Assembly (NCBI GenBank): GCA_036229005.1
Contig: JAZAMN010000059.1
Span: 32,001 to 96,000, forward strand
Reading direction: 5' to 3'
DNA from: Myxococcota bacterium
GTDB lineage: Bacteria; Myxococcota_A; UBA796; CAJQPC01
Length of the DNA stretch: 64,000 bases
Shown here: in pieces, positions 1 to 6,736 of the stretch
How the letters are laid out: every line of letters starts with the position of its first letter
Position numbering within the stretch: the first letter of the stretch is position 1
Made by a program: the position numbers and the translations under genes
The notes under the pieces: model-generated
Databases searched by the model: none
Told to the model about the DNA's origin: nothing
What the model saw: only the letters and a program-made list of their open reading frames with translations

Positions 1-3000
1 TTCACGCTGACGGAGCCCACCAGCTCGGCCACGGGGACCAGCCCGCGGGCGGCGGTGTCCTCCTGGCGCTCGATGATGAGGCCCACGGCGCCCATGCCCA
101 GGATCATCCCGTGGCGGCGGCGGTCGAAGGGCAGCGCGGCGTTCTCCACCTTGTCCTCGGTGGTCGCGGCGCCCGCGGCCAGGAAGCCGGAGCCCAGCCA
201 CTCGAGCAGGTCGGGGGTGGTCACGTCGTCGGCGCCCACCACGATGACGCGGCGGCAGCGGCCCAGGGTGATCCAGTCCTCGGCGATGCCGACGGCCTGG
301 GTGGTGCTGGAGCAGGCGGAGTTGATCTGGGTGTTGGGCCCGCGGGCCCCGATGAGCTGCGCGAACTGCGAGTGGCCCATGGACAGGACCTGCAGCAGGA
401 AGCGGCGATCGAAGTGCCCCTCGTCGTCCAGGCCGCCGCCGGTGAGCTTCTCGGCCATGCGGTTCAGGCCGGGGAAGGCCGAGGCGAAAATGATGCCGGT
501 GTCATCGCGCATGGACTCGGGCAGGGCCCAGCCGGTGGCGACGGAGCTGCCCTTGGTGGTCTCGCGGTAGGTGCGGACCAGAGGGATGCCGGCGTCGCGC
601 AGGGCCTCGTAGCCGGCGGCGATGGCGAGCTGGGTGGCGCGGTCGAAGGCCTTGATGATGCGCGGGCTGACGCCCCACTCCGACAGATCGAAGTGCTGGG
701 CCTGGCCGGCCAGGCGGATGACCTGGTCCTCCCGCTCGACGGGCTCGAAGCTTCCCTGGCCGCTGGCGTCCTTGAAGACGCGCACGATGCCCTTGTCCAG
801 GAAGGCCTCCCGGACGTGCTGGGGCACGGGGTCGATCCGGTTGTCGCCGCGGAGCACGCTGTGGACGTTGTCCTCGCTGAACACCTCGGTCCCGCCAGGG
901 AGCCCGACAGAGGCGCCGCTGCACACGATGCGGGGGCGGTGGATCACGTCTCCCCCGAGCGCCACCTGAGCGCTCTGACCCGCAGCGATCTGTGCGGCCT
1001 GCTGGACGGGGGCGGGGGGCATGAGCCGGCGGGCGGCCTGGAAGCTGGCGTCCAGGAGCTTCTGCACCATCGGCAGCATGCTTTGGGCGAAGGCCTGCGC
1101 GTCGGCGCCCTGAATACCCATCTGCGCCGCCTGGACCAGGAAGTCCTGGACCATCTGTGCGCTGTCATCCACCGGCGAGGACACGCTGGCGGCGGGCTGG
1201 GTGGCGATGCTGCGCTGCTGGACGGGGGCCTTGGGCGCGGCTGCGGGCTGGCTGACGGGGCCTCGGGGCTGGGTGGCGACGGCGGGCGCGCTGCGGTCCC
1301 AGCGGGGCTCGAACTGCCCCAGGCGGCCGGCGAAGTAGTGCACCAGATCGCGCAGGCTGGGGTGGTCGGAGAGAAGGAAGCCCGCCTCGCGCTCCAGCTT
1401 GAAGTCCTGACGGAGCTGGGCGACCAGCTCGGCCTGACGCACCGTGTCGATGCCCAGGTCTGCCTCGAGCTCCAGGTCGGGCTCCAGGCCGGCGGGCTCC
1501 ACGCCAGCGCGGTCGGCGACGGCCTTGTAGACGGCCTCGATCACGTAGGGGGTGGCCTGCAGCTCGCCCGCGGGCTGGGCGGGGGTGGCCATGGCCTTGG
1601 CGATGGCCTCGCTGGTGGCGAAGCGCTCACCGGGGGGCTGCAGCAGGTCGACCACCTGGGTGCCGGGGTCCTGCTTGACGGGGAAGCCCATGGCGACCAG
1701 ACCGGCCACGGCGTCCCGGAAGGAGCGGGCGCCGCCCACCTTGGGGTGGTTGGTGTTGAGCACGCGGTGGGGGCGGCCCTTGAGGATGGTGGAGATCATC
1801 CCCGCCAGGGCGCGCTTGGGGCCGATCTCGACGAAGATGCGGGCGCCCTCGGCGTACATGCGCTCGACCTGGTTGACCCACTCCACAGGCGCGGCCACCT
1901 GCTTGGAGAGCAGGTCGATGATCTCCTCGCTGGTCTCGGGGTACCAGCGCGAGGTCACGTTGGACGTGATGGGGCGGCTGGGCGGCACGATGTTGCTGCG
2001 CTCCAGCACCCGCTTGAGGGGCTCGGATGCAGGGGCGACGATGGCCGAGTGGAAGGCGTGGGACACCGGCAGGGGGATGACGGTGATGTTCCGGCTGCGG
2101 AAGATCTCGCTGGCGGCCTCGACCGCGAGGGTCGCGCCGGCGATGACGGTCTGCTTGGGGGAGTTCTTGTTGGCGGCGATGACGTAGCCGTCGATCTCGG
2201 CCAGGACCTCGTCGACCACCTCGGAGGAGGCGGCCACGCCGGCCATCGCGCCGGGGTCATCGAGCTGGATGCAGGCCATCTCGCGGCCGCGGGCGGTGAC
2301 CGCCTGGAGCGAGCCCCAGAAGTCGGTGACGCCGGCGGCGACCAGCGCGCCGTACTCACCCAGGCTGTGCCCGGCGACCATGTCGGGGAACACGCCGTGG
2401 CCGGAGAGCACCCGCAGCAGGGCGATGTCCAGGGTCAGGGTGGCGGGCTGGGCGATCTCGGTGGCCCGCAGGGCGTTGAAGGAGGCGTCCTTGTCGTCGG
2501 GGTCGATGCCGACGATGTAGTCCATGATGGACCGGCCGATCTCGGGGGAGATGACCTGGTCGGCCTCCTCGAAGGTGGCCTTGACCAGGGGGTAGGGCTC
2601 GAAGAGATCCAGGCCCATGCCCAGGTACTGGCTGCCCTGGCCGGTGAACACGAAGGCCAGCTTGCCGTTGGCCGGGGTGTCCTCCACGTGGATGGAGCGC
2701 ATGCGCAGGATGTCCCAGCCGCGGCCCTTGTCGGCGGCCTTGCGGATCTTGGCGATCTGCTGCTTGCGCTCCTCCAGGGAGTCGGCGGCGGCGGCCACGC
2801 GCAGGGGCAGGCTGGGGTTCCAGGGGGCGTCCTCGCCGCGCTCGATGCGGTCCAGGTTGGCCAGCAGGCCGGTCAGGTCCCGGGCGGAGGTGGCCCAGAT
2901 GCCCTGGGGCAGAGGCCGCTCGATGACCTCGACGGTGGACGGGGTGCTCACGGGCGCGCGGGCCGCACTGTCCGAGGGGGTGTACTCCTCCAGCACGGCG

Positions 3001-5474
3001 TGGAAGTTGGTCCCTCCAAACCCGAAGGCGGAGACGCCCGCCATGCGGGACCAGCCGCGGGTCTCCCAGGGCTCGGCGTGGGTCTGGACCTGCAGGGGCA
3101 CGGCGTCCATGGGCAGGTCGGCGCGGCCCTCCTTGAAGTTGATGGAGGGGGGCAGGACCTTGTTGTGGAGCGCCAGGGCGACCTTGATCATGGACGCGGC
3201 GCCGGCGGCGGACTTGAGGTGGCCGATCTGGGACTTGACGGAGCCGATGCGGATGGGACCGCGGGCCCCGCGGCGACCGCTACCGATGACGTCGGAGAGC
3301 GCGGTGACCTCGATCTTGTCGCCGACCACGGTGGAGGTGCCGTGGCACTCCAGCAGGTCGACCTCGACGGGATCCACGGCGGCGTCGGCGTAGGCGCGAC
3401 GCAGGGCGCGGCGCTGGCCCTCGATGTTGGGGGCGGTGATGCCCTTGCCCTTGCCGTCGGAGCTGGCGCCCATGCCGCGGATCACGGCGTAGATGCGGTC
3501 CCCGTCACGCTCGGCGTCGCTCAGCCGCTTGAGCACCAGGACGCCGGCGCCCTCGCCCATGACGAAGCCGTTGGCGCCCTTGTCGAAGGGGGAGCTCCGG
3601 TCGTGGGACAGGGCCCCGATGGCGGAGAACTTGGCGTAGGTGGGCGGGTCCATGGAGCGGTCGGAGCCGCCGGTGACCGCCACGTCGAAGTCGCCATCCT
3701 GCAGGCCCTTCATGGCGGCGTGGATGGCGGCCATGGAGCTCGCGCAGGCAGCGTCCACGGTGTAGTTGGGGCCGCCCAGGTCGAAGGCGTTGGTCACGCG
3801 ACCGGCCACGACGTTGGAGAGCTCACCGGGCATGGAGTCCTCGGTGATGGGGGGCAGGGCCTCCTTGAAGCTGGCCTCGAAGGCGTCCAGGATGGCGTCC
3901 TGCTGGGCCTTGGGCATGGCCTGGACTTCCGGGGTCGCCTTGAGCTGCTCCCGCACGGTCGCGATGTGGATGCGCAGGCTGGAGGCATCGCGCGCGGCGT
4001 TGCCGCCCATGGCGTTGCCCAGGATGACGGCGATGCGGGAGCGATCGACCTTGGAGTCCTTGGTGATCCCGGCGTCCTCCAGAGCCTCGCCGACGGCCAC
4101 CAGGGCCATCTTCTGCACATCGTCGATGAAGCTGGCCATCTTGGGCGGGATGCGGAACTCCCGCGCCTTGAAGGGCAGGTCCCGCACCCAGCCGCCGATC
4201 TTGGAGTAGGTGCTGTCGGGGATGCCCCGCTCGGAGACCCAGAAGAGCTCGGGGTCCCAGCGGTCGGGGGTGACCTCGGTGATGCTGTTTCGGCCGGCCT
4301 GGAGGTTCTCCCAGAAGGCCTTGACGTTGGGGGCATCCGGCAGGACAGCGCCCAGGCCCACGACGGCGATCAGCTCCTGGCTAGGCGCGGGGCCCTCCCG
4401 CTCGGGGACCTCGATGTCCAGCGCGGGGGCGGCCTCGGGGGCGGCGGGGGCGACCGGCTCGGGGGGCAGAGCGTCGGCGAACTCGGCGCGGGCGGCCTCG
4501 ATGGCCTCGACGGCGGCCTCAACGGGCTGTCCGACCGCCATGGCGGCGACCAGGGGATCACCGGCGATGGGCTGGCCCTCCCAGGCGGCGAGCTGCCAGA
4601 GGACCGCGCTGCCGACGCTGCCGCCGGCGTGGGCGATGACGGCCTTCCCGTTGGCGGCGCGAAGGGCGCTGAGGCTACGACCAATCTCCCCCCCGAGCGT
4701 CCAGGGGCGGGCCTGGGCGGCGCGGCTGCGGGCCTGCTCCATGGCGAGCTGGGTGGCGCGCACGCAGTCGCTCAGGCTGTGGTAGCGGGCGACCAGCTCC
4801 CCCGCGAGGGCGAGCCCCTGACCGGCAGGCCAGGCGGCGGCGAGGTGGTCATCGGCGCTGCACCAATCCGCCCACACCGTCTCGGGGGCCTCCCCCTCCG
4901 CCAACCTGCGAACCACGGGTGACAGCGAGGACGCCGTGATGCGGACACCCTCCACCACGCGGCTGGACAGGTCACCGGCCTTGCGGGCCTGCTCCCGCAG
5001 GTGCGGCCCCACCACGCCGTCGAATCCGTAGAGCTGCTCCCGAAGCACAACACCTTGCGCACCCAGCGCGACCGCGGCGGCCGCGGTGTCCGGCCCCACG
5101 CCGGCGTCCAGGATGCACGCGCCCTCCTGCTCGGCGAGCATGGCCAGGCCCTCGCGCGCGCCGACGCGACCACCGGCCTCAGAGCCACGCAGGAACACCC
5201 CCGCGAAGCCCTCGGGCACCGCGGTGGGCTCCAGCACCTCCAGCCAGCAGGGGGTGCCCTCCACCAGCGTGTCCTCGCCGGTGAACACGAGTCCTGCGGC
5301 GTGGGGTGCGGACTGCCCGGGGTTGAGGCGGGCCCAGGCCCCCTGCGGCCAATCCCCCACCACCTCTCCCCCCTCGCTGAGGTCGAGGACGGGGGTGGCT
5401 CCGACGGCGAGGACCTTGTCGGCCAGCGCAGCAGCGGAGGGAGGCAGGATCACGAACAGGGAGGCGGAAGACAT
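1..5474 (-). CDS. Iterative type I PKS / PUFA-synthase-like multidomain protein (degenerate ER-like N-terminus, KS, AT, ACP, second KS); continues beyond the left edge
   Basis: Hand-translated from ATG 5474; absent from the ORF track because it has no stop in the window. KS1 has DAACASS, ECHGT and GHLKS; AT has FTGQGSQY, GHSLG and HAFH; ACP reads LEADLGIDTV; KS2 has INSACSS and PFDRRRHG; the N-terminal FLRGSEAGGRVG resembles nitronate monooxygenase/PfaD-type barrels. Confidence 0.92.
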   Translation of the reverse strand, partial: MSSASLFVILPPSAAALADKVLAVGATPVLDLSEGGEVVGDWPQGAWARLNPGQSAPHAAGLVFTGEDTLVEGTPCWLEVLEPTAVPEGFAGVFLRGSEAGGRVGAREGLAMLAEQEGACILDAGVGPDTAAAAVALGAQGVVLREQLYGFDGVVGPHLREQARKAGDLSSRVVEGVRITASSLSPVVRRLAEGEAPETVWADWCSADDHLAAAWPAGQGLALAGELVARYHSLSDCVRATQLAMEQARSRAAQARPWTLGGEIGRSLSALRAANGKAVIAHAGGSVGSAVLWQLAAWEGQPIAGDPLVAAMAVGQPVEAAVEAIEAARAEFADALPPEPVAPAAPEAAPALDIEVPEREGPAPSQELIAVVGLGAVLPDAPNVKAFWENLQAGRNSITEVTPDRWDPELFWVSERGIPDSTYSKIGGWVRDLPFKAREFRIPPKMASFIDDVQKMALVAVGEALEDAGITKDSKVDRSRIAVILGNAMGGNAARDASSLRIHIATVREQLKATPEVQAMPKAQQDAILDAFEASFKEALPPITEDSMPGELSNVVAGRVTNAFDLGGPNYTVDAACASSMAAIHAAMKGLQDGDFDVAVTGGSDRSMDPPTYAKFSAIGALSHDRSSPFDKGANGFVMGEGAGVLVLKRLSDAERDGDRIYAVIRGMGASSDGKGKGITAPNIEGQRRALRRAYADAAVDPVEVDLLECHGTSTVVGDKIEVTALSDVIGSGRRGARGPIRIGSVKSQIGHLKSAAGAASMIKVALALHNKVLPPSINFKEGRADLPMDAVPLQVQTHAEPWETRGWSRMAGVSAFGFGGTNFHAVLEEYTPSDSAARAPVSTPSTVEVIERPLPQGIWATSARDLTGLLANLDRIERGEDAPWNPSLPLRVAAAADSLEERKQQIAKIRKAADKGRGWDILRMRSIHVEDTPANGKLAFVFTGQGSQYLGMGLDLFEPYPLVKATFEEADQVISPEIGRSIMDYIVGIDPDDKDASFNALRATEIAQPATLTLDIALLRVLSGHGVFPDMVAGHSLGEYGALVAAGVTDFWGSLQAVTARGREMACIQLDDPGAMAGVAASSEVVDEVLAEIDGYVIAANKNSPKQTVIAGATLAVEAASEIFRSRNITVIPLPVSHAFHSAIVAPASEPLKRVLERSNIVPPSRPITSNVTSRWYPETSEEIIDLLSKQVAAPVEWVNQVERMYAEGARIFVEIGPKRALAGMISTILKGRPHRVLNTNHPKVGGARSFRDAVAGLVAMGFPVKQDPGTQVVDLLQPPGERFATSEAIAKAMATPAQPAGELQATPYVIEAVYKAVADRAGVEPAGLEPDLELEADLGIDTVRQAELVAQLRQDFKLEREAGFLLSDHPSLRDLVHYFAGRLGQFEPRWDRSAPAVATQPRGPVSQPAAAPKAPVQQRSIATQPAASVSSPVDDSAQMVQDFLVQAAQMGIQGADAQAFAQSMLPMVQKLLDASFQAARRLMPPAPVQQAAQIAAGQSAQVALGGDVIHRPRIVCSGASVGLPGGTEVFSEDNVHSVLRGDNRIDPVPQHVREAFLDKGIVRVFKDASGQGSFEPVEREDQVIRLAGQAQHFDLSEWGVSPRIIKAFDRATQLAIAAGYEALRDAGIPLVRTYRETTKGSSVATGWALPESMRDDTGIIFASAFPGLNRMAEKLTGGGLDDEGHFDRRFLLQVLSMGHSQFAQLIGARGPNTQINSACSSTTQAVGIAEDWITLGRCRRVIVVGADDVTTPDLLEWLGSGFLAAGAATTEDKVENAALPFDRRRHGMILGMGAVGLIIERQEDTAARGLVPVAELVGSVSV

Positions 5475-5586
5475 GCAGGACCTGGGAAGGCAGGGTGGCA
5501 GTGCGTAGGGGACTACGCGGCGCGGGGAGCGGGGATCCCCACGATAGCGTGCTCGGCGTGAAGCTCCGAGCCTTGCCTGCGCGGAC

Positions 5587-5602
5587 AGCAAGCCGCGTGC
5601 CA
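5587..5602 (-). promoter_or_regulatory. sigma54 (-24/-12) promoter for the PKS gene
   Basis: Minus strand TGGCACGCGGCTTGCT matches TGGCAC-N5-TTGC(A/T), about 110 nt upstream of the ATG. Confidence 0.75.
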
Positions 5603-5638
5603 GTTCGCTGCGCGCCCTCCCGTTGTAGCCTTCGCCCC

Positions 5639-6457
5639 ATGTCCAGCTACCGCGACGACTTCTACCGCCAGCCCGAACTCTACGACCTGGAGTACGCGGC
5701 GCTGGACGAGGACCTCTCCTTCTACGCCGCCCTCGCCCGCTCAGCGGGGCGCGTGCTGGAGCTGGGAGCCGGCACCGGACGGGTCACCGAGGCCATGCTG
5801 AGCGCCGGCGCGTTCGTCCACGCCGTGGATCTCTCCCCGCAGATGCTGGAGCGCCTGGGACAGCGCGTGCTCAGCCTGGGCGCCAGCGACCGCGTGGAGC
5901 GCATCCAGAGCAGCTTCCTGGAGCTCCCCGAGCTGGACCTGGTCCCCCTGGTGGTGCTCCCCTTCAACACCATCCACCACGTCTACTCCTGGCGCGATGT
6001 GCTGCGGCTCTTCGACCAGGTCAAGGCCCGCCTGCTCCCGGGCGGCCGCTTCGCGCTGGACATGCTGGTCCCCAACCCCGCGTTCTTCGAGCGCGACCGC
6101 GACGGGGTCCACGAGCTGCGGCACTTCCCCGACCCTGCGGGCGGCCGCCTCAAGACCTGGGAGAACGGCTGGTACGACCCGATCACCCAGATCAACCACG
6201 TCCGCTACCACTACGAGCGCGCCGACGGGCGCCGGCAGGTGGTCCAGGTGCCGATGCGCATGTGGTACCCGGCGGAGATCCTGGGGCTCGTGGAGCAGGC
6301 CGGGTGGAAGATGCTCCGTTGTGACGGCGACTTTCGGGGCAAACCGCTCGGGCCGGGAGACCACAAGATCGTCCTCGTCCTCAAGGCCCCCGACGAGGAC
6401 ACTGGTTCGCCGGCTGGTTCGCCGGCGGGCTCGCCGAAGGGTCCGTCGGCCGGCTGA
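5639..6457 (+). CDS. Class I SAM-dependent methyltransferase
   Basis: VLELGAGTGR motif I, AVDLSPQML, LLPGGRFALD; start placed at ATG 5639. Confidence 0.9.
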   Translation: MSSYRDDFYRQPELYDLEYAALDEDLSFYAALARSAGRVLELGAGTGRVTEAMLSAGAFVHAVDLSPQMLERLGQRVLSLGASDRVERIQSSFLELPELDLVPLVVLPFNTIHHVYSWRDVLRLFDQVKARLLPGGRFALDMLVPNPAFFERDRDGVHELRHFPDPAGGRLKTWENGWYDPITQINHVRYHYERADGRRQVVQVPMRMWYPAEILGLVEQAGWKMLRCDGDFRGKPLGPGDHKIVLVLKAPDEDTGSPAGSPAGSPKGPSAG

Positions 6458-6483
6458 CTCCGGCGCGGGGCTTTGCCACAGGC

Positions 6484-6511
6484 AAAAAAAAACCACCCCG
6501 AAGGGTGGTTT
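6484..6511 (-). terminator. Intrinsic terminator of the sRNA candidate
   Basis: AAACCACCC-UUCG-GGGUGGUUU hairpin running into a U9 tract on the minus strand. Confidence 0.85.
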
Positions 6512-6653
6512 AGGCCCTCAATGGGGCAATCCAGTTTCCTGGAAAAGAAAAGGCCGGGCCTCCTCGATACCGAATGTGGGGGGGGGGGACGCACTCGGTA
6601 TGACGTGGAGGAGGTCCCGGCCAGAACCTCGCGAGGTCTCCCTCGCTTTTCTT
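6484..6653 (-). ncRNA. Putative ~170-nt structured small RNA with a C11 loop
   Basis: Lies between a consensus sigma70 promoter and an intrinsic terminator; five hairpins; no credible ORF. 5' end estimated from the -10 box. Confidence 0.7.
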
Positions 6654-6659
6654 GAATAC

Positions 6660-6688
6660 AGTATAGGGAGGTGATCGCCGCCCGTCAA
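6660..6688 (-). promoter_or_regulatory. sigma70-type promoter
   Basis: TTGACG (6688-6683), 17-nt spacer, TATACT (6665-6660). Confidence 0.8.
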
Positions 6689-6691
6689 GAG

Positions 6692-6727
6692 AAAAAAGGC
6701 AAGTCAGATGAAAGCGCCTGACTTGCC
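6692..6727 (-). terminator. Intrinsic terminator downstream of the Cys/Asp-repeat lipoprotein gene
   Basis: 10-bp stem GGCAAGTCAG/CTGACTTGCC followed by U6, 9 nt past the stop codon. Confidence 0.8.
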
Positions 6728-6736
6728 CCCTCTCAA

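Noticed and set aside
111..4922. 1603-aa plus-strand ORF
   Set aside because: Antisense shadow of the PKS gene caused by GC codon bias; no motifs. The same applies to 7424-9658, 17887-21816, 24175-26880, 33965-36316 and 57030-60311.
6484..6653. tRNA, 6S, SRP or tmRNA identity for the structured RNA
   Set aside because: No cloverleaf, no single rod with a central bubble, no SRP loop motif and no tag reading frame were seen.
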